A stretch of DNA of 64,000 nucleotides from Octopus vulgaris (GCA_951406725.2 OX597826.1:58280001-58344000); one strand, 5' to 3'; counted from the stretch's first letter, positions 28,170-41,863 are shown. A program made the numbers and translations. Notes: generated by a model from the sequence alone, not told the origin.

Positions 28170-28690
28170 CAGATAGAAAACTGAATTTACGAGATTCTTT
28201 ATTCAAGTCTAATATTTTTTCGAATCCTAGGTGAGACGTTGTCCAATCAATCGCCTTTATTGATAGTGTACATATACGCACACACACGCACACACACACA
28301 CACACACACACTCACACACACACACATACACACACAATTTTCGGGTATAAACCCTCTAGTAGGCATTGTTAAGTACTTCTACAGGTATTGGCTAGCTGAT
28401 GTTAACAACAGCAGTGCATAAGCTATTGGATTTCTTTCATGAGTGTCTTGTGAAAACTGCCTGAATGTTGCAGACTTCCTTAAAAATACATTCTGATAGA
28501 CCTGGGCGAAAGGAAGCAAGAGCGAGGAACTTGATTAATAAGTCACCTGAGGCGACGCAATCTACAGCTGTGTTGCAAGACACTTGATTGTAAAGTATCT
28601 CACCTGTGAGATACAGGTGCGGAGCGAGTCGAAACAATTGTAGTGGATTTGAATAAAGAATCCCGTGAATTTCAGTTTCTATGTCTGTTC
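28170..28690. mobile_element. Putative non-autonomous TIR element (~40-bp imperfect TIRs)
   Basis: gaaaactgaatttacgagattctttattcaagtcta (~28176-28211) is inverted as tggatttgaataaagaatcccgtgaatttcagtttc (~28644-28679). Confidence 0.55.
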
Positions 28691-28968
28691 AATTTATATA
28701 AACTCTACGGACATCATGTAACTCTTAAAGTAAATCCAGCAGCGCATGCATCCCTACTATTTTTGACATCAGGTCGCCAAACATTTTGGACGAACTTTAA
28801 ACAGCATCCTACTGAAAATTGGCTTAAACTAACCGAAACTGGTTGTCCATTGCATCAATATTCTAATCATGTACAGCACACTTTCTCTAAATTTTCGTGA
28901 ATCGCTCCAACATGAGATTTACGTTCAATTCTCTCTCTTGGATACGTTGCATGACGTTGGATTTTATG

Positions 28969-29174
28969 CAGAATAGCTAGTACGTGACGATATTATCATT
29001 CGCAATCACTTTGAAAGGCCCAGACACTGCATTTAGCCAAGACAGGAGTGAAGACAGGAGTCTAGAATGATCCAGAATAGTTAGTACGTGACGATATTAT
29101 CATTCGCAATCACTTTGAAAGGCCCAGACACTGCATTTAGCCAAGACAGGAGTGAAGACAGGAGTCTAGAATGA
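28969..29174. repeat. Near-perfect 104-bp tandem duplication
   Basis: cagaatag(c/t)tagtacgtgacgatattatcattcgcaatc...gtctagaatga starts at 28969 and again at 29073. Confidence 0.9.
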
Positions 29175-29323
29175 CCACTCAGTATTTTCTTTTTCTTGAT
29201 GTCCATCACACAGCTAGCTCCCACCTTCCAAATAAGATTGTGGCAGTGACAAAGTAAATTTAAAACCTACCATCTTCGACTTATTCACAGCAGCCACTAT
29301 CACCAACGGCCTCCAAGAAGAAG

Positions 29324-29363
<40 letters not shown>

Positions 29364-29389
29364 TTCTCTCTCTCTCTTTCTCTCACTCC

Positions 29390-29423
<34 letters not shown>

Positions 29424-29445
29424 TTCTCTCTCTTTCTCTCACTCA

Positions 29446-29547
<102 letters not shown>

Positions 29548-30402
29548 TGACAGTTTGTACCTTTCCATTTCCCCTCTTAATATTGTATAAGAAATTGATG
29601 TTTGATACTGGGAACGATAGATATTTTCCGCATCTTGCTCATTGGCATGCACACTTTCAACAACACGGTGTTGTTTCTTATTTTCTGAAGTACATATTTC
29701 ATAACCCACACCCTCTTGAAGCATTTGGTAACTCACATGCTCTTCTCGAATATAAAAAAAATATTTTCAATTTTCATCGGGTTTTTTAAACACATTTGTA
29801 GTCAATCCTGCTCAAGTACGTATATACGAATCAACTTTTAACCCGGCTAAAACTACGTCTGGATACCAAATGGCTGATCTCCCCTAGTTTATTTTCTCAG
29901 CTGTGACATATAAGTAGTACTAAATCTGGTTATATATTGCTCCTTGTAAAAGGAGCCTTAACTTTGTTGCTGTTGTTATTATTACTGTTGCATTCAAGAT
30001 TGGTACTGCTGTTGATTTACTTGTTATTTTTATTGTTATTATTTTTATCACTGATTTCACCATCATTGTTATTATTACTCGCCACTTTCTTATTTTCTTC
30101 TTCTCCATCTGTCACCTTCCCCCCACAAACAAGACAGAGTATGGTTATTCTCATTATAAGAGTCATCTTTCATTCCTACTTATATAACCATTAAACAATA
30201 TATTTTGCCTTATCGCCAAACTGCAAATATAGATTAAATATCTTACCCCCCCTCCCCCGAGTTTAACAAATATTAAAAATAAATAAACACGTTCTCTCCA
30301 GTTACGAAAAATATGTTAAAAATTCTGTGAAATGACAAAAACACAGAAACAGAAATATTTATTGAAACTTCTTAGAACATTGTTCGGTACATAGGGCACC
30401 AA

Positions 30403-30485
<83 letters not shown>

Positions 30486-30829
30486 CAGAAGTAGTGGGGG
30501 AGTATCATAGCCATGTGTTGAGAGGGATTCTTTGGGGTTTGAATAATTCACCTCTGGAAACATGGGTGGTTCTTTCAACATCCTTAAACAACCTTTATTC
30601 TGGGACCTTTTGAGCGGGATGGGCTACTCAACCTGAAGAAAATTCTAACTGGGCCCCACCTGCAACGTCATGTGCTGTTTATCTTGATATGAGATCACCA
30701 TGTCGCGCACATATGTTGTGATGCATGTGCCTGGTGTACTTTTATCAGACGGGTAGTCATGATGGGTATATTGGGCTTCGTATATTTTATCCCAGTGTCA
30801 CTTTGATGGCATGCACTGCTCTCTCACTC
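30486..30829 (+). mobile_element. Family D (AAT)n-embedded non-coding retroelement, 5' truncated
   Basis: Highly similar to 33106-33493, 33606-34053 and 52490-53043. Common 3' end cactgctctctcactc-(AAT)n. Confidence 0.85.
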
Positions 30830-30929
<100 letters not shown>

Positions 30930-31455
30930 TTCACTAAGAACACCATTGAACAGTAAAACCTAAGAATTGTACATAGTTTCAGTAAGGATATCAGGATGAA
31001 CATGGGATTGGACGAATGTGCCAAAGTGACGTAGAGAAGAGGTAAATTAATTTGCACTGAAAACACTGCAATCGACATAGACAAAGATATCAGAAAATTA
31101 GACCACAATTGCCCATAGAAATATTTAGGAATAGACGAAATAGCTAAAATATGACAAACAAAAATTGATGAGAAAATTAGAACAATATCACAGAAGAGTT
31201 AAACTAAGATTAAACACTAAACTCAATTCTAAAAATAAGAGAAAAGGGATAGACGCGCTAGCCATACCAATCATAGATTACAACTTTAACATAATAAAGT
31301 GGATGATTAGTGAATTGAGAAACTTAGATAGAAAACCAGAAAATTATTAACAGCATACCGAAGTCACTATCCCAAAACAAACAAGATAGAATATATCTAC
31401 TCCGCTCAGAAGGATGTTGCGGCTTGACACAGATAATGAAGATTGCCGCAATTGA
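30930..31455 (+). pseudogene. Decayed R4/Dong-like reverse transcriptase fragment
   Basis: VHSFSKDIRMNMGLDECAKV...KYLGIDE...YHRRVKLRLNTKLNSKNKRKGIDALAIPIIDYNFNIIKW...ELRNLDRK, with stops and frameshifts. Begins right after (AAT)n. Confidence 0.75.
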
Positions 31456-31469
31456 CCTAAACACCTACA

Positions 31470-31750
31470 TATCTTCTACTATAGCCTCGGGCCGACCAAA
31501 GCCTTGTGAGTGGATTCGGTAGACGGAAACTGAAAGAAGCCTGTCGCATACATGTGACCTCGTGAGCACCGCCAGCAATTTTTTTTCCTCTGTCTTCCCT
31601 TCTCGGGATCTTTCCTTCTTCTTTGTTTCCGACGAAGAGCTCCGCTCGAAACGTTAGACCCTCCTTCTTCCCTTCTTTCCTGAGCGTCCAATAATACTTT
31701 ATTTGTTCCACGTCCTCGCGTTGCTGTGTTTTTTGTTTTCTTGTTTGGAT

Positions 31751-31826
<76 letters not shown>

Positions 31827-32058
31827 TGTGTGTGTATATGTTTGTGTGTCTGTGTTTGTCCCCCCAACATTGCTTGACAACCAATGGTGGTGTGTTTACG
31901 TCCCCGTAACTTAGCGGTTCGGCAAAAGAGATCGCTAGAATAAGTACTAGGCTTCAACAGAATAAGTCCTGAGGTCGATTTGCTCGACTAAAGGCGGTGT
32001 TCCAGCATGGCCGCAGTCAAATGACTGAAACAAGTAAAAGAATAAAAGAGTAAAAGAG
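31470..32058 (+). mobile_element. SINE family A with a nested Penelope-like fragment
   Basis: tcttctactatagcctcgggccgaccaaagccttg...gcctgtcg, then the insert, then the 3' half ending caagtaaaagaataaaagagtaaaag. Confidence 0.85.
31555..31755 (+). mobile_element. Penelope-like 3' end with minimal hammerhead core
   Basis: gttt-CCGACGA-AGAGC-tcc-GCTC-GAAACGTT-agac at 31625-31659, ending in (TA)n. Confidence 0.55.
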
Positions 32059-32369
32059 AAACACGAAACTTAATTTAGTTTATCAAGCCCGGTGGAATTT
32101 GAACTCAGAACGTAAATATGAACGAAATGGTGCTAAGCAATTTAACCGGCGTGTTAAGATCCTGCCAGCTCGCCACCTTAAATAACGATGATGATGATGA
32201 TGATGATGATGATAATAATATTAATAATGTTAATTTGCAGGGTTCTTGAAGCACGACCAGTAAACAAGCGTCACGTTAGTCTGTTGGTTGTGGACAGCTG
32301 ACACTTTCCATGATACCCAGCAAAATTAACTGAGCGTTTTCATCAAATAACAACAACAACAATAATAAT

Positions 32370-32835
32370 GAGTGCGTGCCATCGAAATAACAGAGAAAGA
32401 GTATGTACACGTACCAGATGTGAAAGAGAATAATAATTACCGGTTTTGTGGGACTTCGCCGTAAATACCGATCGTAAGAAGACTACATATGATTACAGAG
32501 AGCCAAATAAACAGCGTAAGATCATAGACTTTGCAATAATATGTGATATAGAGTAAATACCGGAGAAATTGCAAAACAATTCAGAAATATCAGAACCCAG
32601 CCAGAGAGTTGAAGTGATTGTGGTGGTGGGGGGGACTATGAGAGCAATTATTCCTGTGGTAATTGGTGTCCTGCGCATAACATCCAGACTGCTCCTTAAG
32701 AGACTGAAAGAGATTGGAAAAATGCAATTCTGCATTCAGTAAGAATCCTAAGGAATATTCTTGAGATTCGAGGAGCCTTGTCACGGAGCCTCAAGAAAAC
32801 AACCCTGCTAATCAAATTAGCTTTTAATAGACTTG
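32370..32835 (+). pseudogene. Highly decayed R4/Dong-like endonuclease region
   Basis: VLWDFAVNTDRK...KIIDFAI...IIPVVIGVL remnants across frames, flanked by (AAT)/(TAC) tracts. Confidence 0.55.
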
Positions 32836-32861
32836 GGATACTACTACTACTGCTGCTGCTG

Positions 32862-32972
<111 letters not shown>

Positions 32973-32990
32973 ATAATAATAATAATAATA

Positions 32991-33032
<42 letters not shown>

Positions 33033-33074
33033 GTAATAATAATAATAATAATAATAATAGTAATAATAATAATG

Positions 33075-33105
<31 letters not shown>

Positions 33106-33107
<2 letters not shown>

Positions 33108-33493
33108 TCTCTTAGTGGCTGACGATATGTGCATCTCTGATCACGAGCAGAAGTAGTGGGGGGGGCATCATAGCCATGTGTTGAGAGGGATTCTTTGGGG
33201 TTTTAATAATTCACCTCTGGAATCATGGGTGGTTCTTTCAACATCCTTAAGCAATCCTTATTCAGGGACCTTTTGAGCGGGATGGGCTACTCAACCTGAA
33301 GAAAATTCTAACTGGGCCCCACCTGCAAGGTCATGTGCTGTTTATCTTGATATGAGATCACCATGTCACGCATATATGGTTGTGATGCATGTGCCTGGTG
33401 TACCCTTATCAGACGGGTAGTCATGATGGGTATATTGGGCTTCGTATATTTTACCCCAGTGTCACTTTGATGGCATGCACTGCTCTCTCACTC
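33106..33493 (+). mobile_element. Family D element
   Basis: Same body as 30486-30829; flanked by (AAT)n on both sides. Confidence 0.85.
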
Positions 33494-33564
<71 letters not shown>

Positions 33565-33605
33565 TGATTTCATTTATTTGCCACAAGGCAAATATTCTGC
33601 TGAAT

Positions 33606-34053
33606 AGCAAATATTCTGCTCAATACCACAGATTTGCTTGTCAGTTGTTTGACCTTAACCAGTTGAGCATGTCCCTTAGTGGCTGACGATATGTGCATCT
33701 CTGATCACGAGCAGAAGTAGTGGGGGAATACCATAGCCATGTGTTGAGAGGAATTCTTTGGGGTTTTAATAATTCACCTCTAGAAACATGGGTGGTTCGT
33801 TCAACATCCTTAAACAAACCATATTCAGGAAATTTTGAGCGGGATGGGTTTCTCGACCTCAAGAAAATTCTAACTGAGCTCCACCTGCAAGGTCATGCGC
33901 TGTTTATCTTGATATGAGATCACCATTTCGCGCACATATATTGTTGTAATGCATGTGCCTAGTATACCCTTATTAGACTGGTAGTCATGATGGGTATACT
34001 GGGCTTCGTATATTTTACCCCAGTGTCACTTTGATGTCACTGCTCTCTCACTC
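33606..34053 (+). mobile_element. Family D element, more diverged
   Basis: Same body with a longer 5' extent (agcaaatattctgctcaataccacag). Confidence 0.85.
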
Positions 34054-34286
34054 AATAATAATGATAATGATGATGATGATGATGATGATGATGACAACAA
34101 TCCTTTATGGGAGTGAATTTGATACGGTATTCATTCATACAAGTGAAACTGTGGAGAGTTTGGAAAGTTGTGTGGGGTGGGACAATATAAAAGGGAGTGG
34201 ATGAATAAATTAAAGGAGTTGAAAAATTTGTGAAAATTATGATTACAGTCTAATCAAAGAAGTATTTATACATATACATACATACC

Positions 34287-34517
34287 TATTTCTTTATTAC
34301 CCACAAGGGGCTAAACACAGAGGGGACAAACAAGGACAGACATAGGTATTAAGTCGATTACATCGACCCCAGTGCGTAACTGGTACTTAATTTATCGACC
34401 CCGAAAGGATGAAAGGCAAATTCGACCTTGGCGGAATTTGAACTCACAACGTAATGCAGACGAAATACGGCTACGCATTTCGCCCGGCGTGCTAACGTTT
34501 CTGCCAGCTCGCCGCCT
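34287..34517 (-). mobile_element. SINE family B with the same 3' tail variant as the 11677-12096 dimer
   Basis: tatttctttattacccacaaggggctaaacacagaggggacaaacaaggacagac...ctgccagctcgccgcct. Confidence 0.85.
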
Positions 34518-35219
34518 GTATATGTGTGGAGGTGTGTGTGTGTGTAGGTGTGCGTGTGTGTGTGTGTGTGCGTATGTGTGTGTATGTATGTGTGTGTGTG
34601 TGTGTGTGTGTGCAGCGTGGTAAATAGCTAAGAAACTCGCTTCGTAATCACGAGGTTCAGTGTTTGATAAAACTATGTGAAAAAAACAGAACAAAATAAA
34701 ACCAAAAATACCCAAAAGAAACAAAAAAAATAAAACAATATAACCTTAAAATGCTTGAAATCGAAGAATACTCGAGGCATGATTCTTTTGCCTTTGGCAT
34801 TTTTGGTAAAGAATTTGTCATTATGGGGAGAAAAAAATGCTTTGAGCAAATAAAATAGTTAATCGCCATACCAAAATGATTTTAACAAGAAAATTGCAAG
34901 AAATAAAATAAAGATCATTACAATAATTATGCCAAAAGATTTTGGAAGAACCATGGACAGCAGAAAGAGTACCCCAAACAAGGTTACTCAAAATAAGAAG
35001 CTAACACACAGAATATTGGAGGGAAAATATGTAAATCTGTGAAATAATTTTAGCTTTGCTGTGCGGTGGCGGAAAGTTCAGGGCCAGTGCGTGACACTTG
35101 CGTATGTCTTCTACAATAGCCCGAAGCCGACCAATGGTTTGAGAGAGAATTTTTGTGGATGGAAACTGTGTGAAGACCAGTCAATATATATGAGCGCGCG
35201 CGTGTGTGTTAATGTTTAC

Positions 35220-35597
35220 CCTTTTACTTGTTTCAGTCATTTGACGGTCGAGCAAATCGACCCAAAAACTTATTCTTTGTAAGCCTAGTACTTATTCTAT
35301 CGGTCGCTTTTGCCGAACCGCTAGATTACGGGGATGTAAACACAACACTATTGGTTGTCAAGCGATGTTGGGAGGACAAACGCAGACACACAAACATATA
35401 CACACAGATACATATATATATACATATATACGACGGGCTTCTTTTCAGTTTCCGTCTACCAAATCCACTCACAAGGCTTTGGTCGGCCCGAGGCTATAGT
35501 AGAAGACACTTGCCCAAAGTGCCACGCAGTGGGACTGAAACCGGTACCATGTGGTTCGTAAGCAAGCTACTTACCACACAGCCACTGCTACGCCTAT
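35220..35597 (-). mobile_element. SINE family A copy
   Basis: Matches 19336-19746 along its length. Confidence 0.85.
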
Positions 35598-35691
35598 GTT
35601 TTTTTTTATAGCTATAATAGAAACAATTTAACATTAAACTGAATAATTACTCAATACTTTTTGCAAAGTTCTGGTCCTGCTAGCCGACGTA

Positions 35692-35904
35692 CGAGGGGGT
35701 GCTGAAAGGTTCTTGGCTTTAAGGGTGTCGCAAAAGGCTTGGTGGGAGGCCTAACCCTCCGCGTTCTTTTACAGGGCTTAGAAAATCTGAAGGGCTCCTG
35801 CAATAAGCGTGTAAATCTGAGAGATGAATATGTTGAATAAAACCATAACTGATCCTCTTGTATTTTCTTTTACTCAAAGCCAAGAACTTTTCAGCAATCT
35901 CACG
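35692..35904 (+). mobile_element. Mariner-derived MITE (213 bp) with TA TSD
   Basis: TA|cgagggggtgctgaaaggttcttggcttt ... aaagccaagaacttttcagcaatctcacg|TA. Internal remnant VNLRDEYVE* resembles a mariner transposase C-terminus. Confidence 0.8.
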
Positions 35905-35996
35905 TATAATTACAGCACATATGTATGTAAGCATGTATGTGTATATATCTATATATCTATATCAATCTATATATCTATATCTATATCAATCAATCA

Positions 35997-36126
<130 letters not shown>

Positions 36127-36456
36127 GTTCATTGCTGGAAGTGACATCATATTTCATTTTGCAATCATAATATCCTATTAAGATTACTTATAAGTCAAAA
36201 TTGTGTCCTAATTTTTGTGTTAGCAGTGCGATTCAGTCACTTCAGATCTTTTCTATAGAATTTAGAGCCAACAATGAAAGTTACCACATTTCGTACACGA
36301 ATGTGTAAAGAATGCGATCGAGGACAGAGAAAAGAAGTAATGGGTTTATGTGAATATTTCAGGGGTTCCCTCTTTTTCTAGAGCACCAAATCCAACCCAT
36401 TAACTATCCACGAACACATTGCTTATATAGGGAGAGAGATATATATTCATAGATAA

Positions 36457-36505
<49 letters not shown>

Positions 36506-38164
36506 CATATAAATATATCTATTTCGCTTTTATATTGCTTCTACACATGTTTTCTATAGAATTTATAGCCATCGCTGAAAGTTATGACTTTTCCTATACA
36601 AATACGTCCATGTAAACAACGTATATACATACAATTCGCTAAGTAAATTTACAATATTATATAACATTGCGTAGGAGAACGCGTATATTTGAATGATTTG
36701 AAGCTGTGTATTACAGATGACAAGCAACTGGATAACCTGATACATTTCGTTCAAGTAATCTGTTCAAAAATTCAAATTTAGTCGAGAAATATACGATATG
36801 GCTACGTAGAAGCGAAGATGCAAACAATAACATCGTCTTACATAAGGAATGAAAGAAGAAAATTAGGCTGAAGACAAACCTCAGAATACATTAACTAGAT
36901 ACAATAGAATACTGACAAATGAAACTGAAGTTTTGATATCAATGTCATAAACTCATTGAATTAATATTCAAAGTTAAGATAAATGTGTAACAGAAACCAT
37001 TGTGTATCAATTAAACCTCAGACTAATTGGTTTTTAATGAGTTATAGTTATAATGAATTAGTGATATTTACAAATGAAAAGTAAGGGAATTATTATATAA
37101 CTAGATTGTGAATACAACCAGAATAATTGTTTCTGAGTTTGGATCAAAGCTAGAGTTTTCGTACCAAGTGTATTAGTCACTGCCGCTGACCGCAGTTCTT
37201 AGCTGGTATTTCATTTTATGGACTCAGAGGGATAACGGGCAAAGTTGATCGCAGCATAATTTGAACTCAGCACGTAAAGGATCATAATTATATTCAGTAA
37301 ATCGTTTTGTCCGACGCTCCAGTGACTGTGCCAAAGTAGTAACCAAGCAAAAACCGACAGAGAATGGTGATGTTTTTCAAAGTCATCTTTAATTATGAAA
37401 CTGCTATGGTATATACCTATTAAATGACTACAAACTTTTATAATGAACAATGAATGAAAACTAGCAGAGAGATATTGACTTATACCTGCAAAAAAGGAGG
37501 GGAGGGCAAACAACAGACCTGAATCACAAGCGGATTAGGGAGAAGGCAATGTCGTTGAAGAAGTTGCGAATTGCGACGGAAGAACTTGGACAAATCTAGC
37601 TGATTGACTGAGTGACCGAAGGATCAATCAGAACGACTGATTAGTTGATTGATTAAATGTTAACTCATTGGCTGATAGTACCAACACCACCACCAAAACC
37701 ACCACCACCACCACCACCACCACCACCACCACCACCACCACCAGTAGCAACCAACCACCACCATGCACCACTACCACCACTACCACCACCACCACTAGCA
37801 CGAACAACAACAACAACAATAAACGACAACTGCAATAATAATAATAATAATAATAATATTTTCTACTATAGGCACACGGGCTGAAATTTTTGGGGAGGGG
37901 TCAGTCGATTACATCGACCCCAGTGCTTAACTGGTACTTATTTCATCAACCCCGAAAGGATGAAGAGCAGTGAAAAATAGCCAGTTTGTTTGTGCTTATT
38001 ATTGGCATAATGATTCTACCGAGATACAACAAAACATATTTCAACACGCGATTTCACATCAAGCATCTTGATGTTCTTTTTAACTCAAGTTTTGTTGCAA
38101 CTCCTAGAGTTTTGCATGCGTAGCGGGCTTGCTGCCTACGGGTACGATGCTATCATATTTTAAA

Positions 38165-38490
38165 GATATTTATTTTTAAATCTGGTACTCGTTCCATCTG
38201 TAGCTTTTACTGAACCGCTAAATAGTAGAGATGTAAGCAAACCAAAACAGGCTATCAAGTGTCGGTGGAGGACAAACACATAGAGAAATACGCACGTACA
38301 CACACTCACACACACGCACACATACACACACACACACACACACACATCCACACACGTATCTACACACATGACAGGCTTTCTTTCAGGTTCCGTCTACCAA
38401 ATCGCCTCACACGGTTTGAGACTCTAGCAGGATGATAGTTGCTTAAGCTGCTTCAATGTGGGTTCGAACCCTAAACCTTGCGGTTGGGAA
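38165..38490 (-). mobile_element. SINE family A, degenerate
   Basis: ctgaaccgctaa...ggaggacaaacaca...gacaggctttctttcaggttccgtctaccaaatc. Confidence 0.6.
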
Positions 38491-39009
38491 GCAAAGTTCT
38501 TACGCTACAGAAGAATCTCTCCTATAGTTCCTCTCTGCTGCTATCTTACTATCGCATTTTCACGAGCAAAAGGTGTCCGTCTGTCTCTCTGTCTGCTTGT
38601 ATGTCTGTCTGTTTCTTTTTCTCTCCCTTTCTCTCCCTCTCCTTTCTCTTCTCTGTGCCCTGCTGTGTCTATTGGCTAATTTGTTCTTAATTTTTGGGTC
38701 ACGCGAAATCCGCGCTTCTTTGCGTTTTCGCGGAGTCTATTTCTGATGTTGAATATATTTCGTATTCATATATTTCGTTGAATATATTTCATACAAAAGA
38801 AACAACGGGAAGAAATCTTTGGTGAGATTGTAATCATTATTAGAGAGCGGCTACAAAATAATGAGGTTGGTTACATTTGTTATACGGTTCCTCGCTATAA
38901 ACCCCACCTTTTGTGCGTTGCATTCTATCGTGTTTATATTATCCTCAATGGCTCGGTCTTTTGTGATAAACGAAAAAGCCATTATTTGGCACCCCGCTAT
39001 GAACTGATT

Positions 39010-39365
39010 GTGAAGGCGCATGGCTCAGTGGTTAGAATATCGGACTCGTAATCATGAGATAATGAGTTCGATTCGCGGACCGGGCTCTGTGTTGTGTTCT
39101 TGAGCATGGCACTTCATTTTACGTTGCTCCAGTTCACTCAGCTGTAGAAATGAGTTGCAACATGACTGGTGCCAAGCTGTATTGTTCTTTGCCTTTGCCT
39201 TTCCTTTAAATAACATCAGTAGCGTGGTGAAGGGAGGCTGGTATGCATGGGTGATTGCTGGTCTTCCATAAACAATCTTGTCCGGTCATGTGTCTCGTGG
39301 GAAACTTTCTGGGTGCAATCTCATGGTCATTCATGACCGAAGAGGGGTCTTCACCTTTTTACCCT
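39010..39365 (+). mobile_element. tRNA/CORE-like SINE: family C head with a different 3' tail
   Basis: gaaggcgcatggctcagtggttagaatatcggactcg...gagttcgattc...ttcttgagcatggcacttcattttacgttgctccagttcactcagctg; tail ttcacctttttacccttttt. Confidence 0.75.
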
Positions 39366-39429
39366 TTTGAGCTGATTATATTAACTATCTCAGATCTTTC
39401 TACTCAAGTTTTAGAATAAGACTAAACTG

Positions 39430-40310
39430 GATTATAGTAAAGGAACAGTTAATAATTTTTCAACAATTCAATGGCATTGGTTCACCTTCAGTTTTTAACC
39501 AGGCAATTCCTTATCTTTTAAGAGAAGCAAATCTTCAGGTTTTAGCAAGTCAGTTTCCGCCTTATCTTACAGCATGGCAATTAATCTTAATTTTGTCAGA
39601 GCTAATTGATTATTCAACTTTCGAAGATGCAATCTTTCAACTTTCTTATTTTTCGGCATACAAGTTGACGTGATATACAATGTAAGCATGTAGTGTAAAT
39701 ATTCAAATATTATCACTGTCTTTCCAAATGCTCCTGCATTTCAGATGGAAGTTTTTGGCCCTCCAAAACCGTCCTGGTGTATTCGTCAATCTTCTCTTGG
39801 CTATAAATTTTAGCGTGAAAAATTCAACAAGCCAGAAAATGTGTATTTTTTAGCAAGGCAATTTTTCAACCATTAACAGGGCAATTTCCTTTTTAGCACA
39901 GCAATTCTTCAATTATTGGCAAGGCAATTCACCTTTTAGCTCGGAAATTTTAAAATTATTTTCAAAGCAATTTAACTTTTAGCTCAGCAATCCTATTAGT
40001 AAGGCAATTAATCCATTCATTAGCGCAGTAATCCTTCAACTATCAGCAAAAAAAATTCTTTTTTCGCGCAGCAATCCTTCAACCATTGGCAAAGAGTATT
40101 CACCTCTTCGCCCGATAATTCTTCAACAATTAGCAAGGCAATTCCTTCATTCGTAAGATAATTCTTCAACTACAAGTGAAGCGATTCTTCAATAATTTAT
40201 AATTTCTTCAATTTTTAGAAAGGTGATTATTAAACTTTCAGAGAAGCAATTGACCTTCAACTTTAGCGAAGGAAATCTTACAGCAATGCGACAAAAATTT
40301 TCTAACTCTC
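39430..40310. repeat. Degenerate minisatellite (GCAATTCTTCAACTATTAGCAAG-like units)
   Basis: aggcaatt, caattcttcaac and ttttagc motifs recur across ~900 bp. Confidence 0.65.
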
Positions 40311-40510
40311 TCGTTGACTATTCAAAAATCACGATCATTTCAGCTGCGAAAGTCCACTATTTACCAATATGTTTGTACCGCAGAGTTAGAAGCTATGAAC
40401 AATATGAATTTTGCTTTCGGCGATTTCTTAAATGCTTTATCCAGTCTCTGACAAAAAGTAACATTAATCTGGTTGTTTACTTTCGTTTATGCATCATATG
40501 TTATTCATTT

Positions 40511-40927
40511 ATTCTTTTACTTGTCTCGATCATTTGACTGCGGCCATGCTGGAGCACCGCCTTAAAGGATTTTAGTCGAAGAAATCGACCCCATAACTTA
40601 TTCGTTGTAAGCTTAGTACTTATACAATCGGGCTCTTTTTACCGAACCACTAAGTTACGGGGACGTAAACACACCAGCATCGATTGTCAAGCGATGGTGG
40701 GAAACCAACACAGACACAAACACACCATATTTATGTGTGTGTGTCTTTATATATATATATATATATATATACATACACAACGGGTATATATAATCAAATC
40801 CACTCAAAAGGCTTTGGTCAACCCGAGTCTATAGTAGAAGTCATTTGACTAAAGTGCCACGCGGTGGGACTGAACCCGAAGCTATGTGGTTGGAAAGCAA
40901 GCCTTTTTTCCACACAGCCACGCCTGC
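40511..40927 (-). mobile_element. SINE family A copy
   Basis: Full body; head read as ttttccacacagccacgcctgc on the plus strand. Confidence 0.85.
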
Positions 40928-41045
40928 TCTTACGTTAAGCGTATTCATAAAATAAGTAGCACATAGGTGTGTTTCTGGTACTGATCATGAGGAAGATAGT
41001 GGTAACTGAAGCTCTTGTAAGAACAGTCACCACAATTATTAGACT

Positions 41046-41606
41046 CATTTCATTCATTGTTCGACCGTGGTCGAGACAATGGAATTTACCATGCTACGCC
41101 AGACTTCACGGTCCATCATGGCATTAGGGAGGTCCTGTTGCTGGATGCCTGTATCCCTGGAGATTACATCAGGGTAGGAGAGTGTGCGCCCTCTGGTATT
41201 GCGAGTAGATGGCTTCCAGAGGAGAAGAGTAGAAATTACTTCTTTTTCAGCTCTACAACAATGTCCAGCAAACTGGACTCTCCTACCTGATGACACAGGT
41301 GGTAGTTTCTCTCTCCAATGCCCAGTCTCTTTTACAATCTCTTAAACAAGCCTCAAATTGTGTAGGTCTTTACCTCAATGAGGCCAAAACTGAATACATA
41401 AACAAGTGCCTGTCCAACAGTGATTGCATCATCCATACTCTCAACAACGCGCCCTTAAATATGGTTTCTGATTATAAATATCTTGGGCCATACATATCAT
41501 CATCTGGAAAAGACTTTCTAACTAGAAAGGGTATGGCCTGGTCAGCCTGTAATGACATGCATAAGATCTGGTCATCAAATCTAAGTAGAGACTTCAAACT
41601 TGAAAT
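41046..41606 (-). mobile_element. RTE-clade LINE, 5'-truncated and 5'-inverted, with 11-bp TSD
   Basis: Minus 41054-~41300: RRVQFAGHCCR...LLLWKP...RGR...AMMDREVWR (RTE ORF C-terminus). Plus ~41305-41606: AQSLLQSLKQASNCVGLYLNEAKTEY...DYKYLGPYISSSGKDFLTRKGMAWSACNDMHKIWSS (RT C-terminal region). ATTATTAGACT at 41035-41045 and 41607-41617. Confidence 0.85.
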
Positions 41607-41863
41607 ATTATTAGACTACTGTTATGGCTAAAATCAAATTGAAGAGAAATATGTATGTATTGGGTAACGAAGTAAGTACGAAGGAATGTTTAATGCAAGA
41701 GAATTTAACAAACAACGAATTTCTTTTCCTACATAGGTTCCTTGGCTGAATCTGTTTTTGTGGACTTTAAAGAAAATAAACAATAACTTTTATGTTTCCA
41801 TACGTAAAATCGTGTGTTGAAATGGGTATTGTTATATTTGGGGATTGTCATTGTCATTATTTT

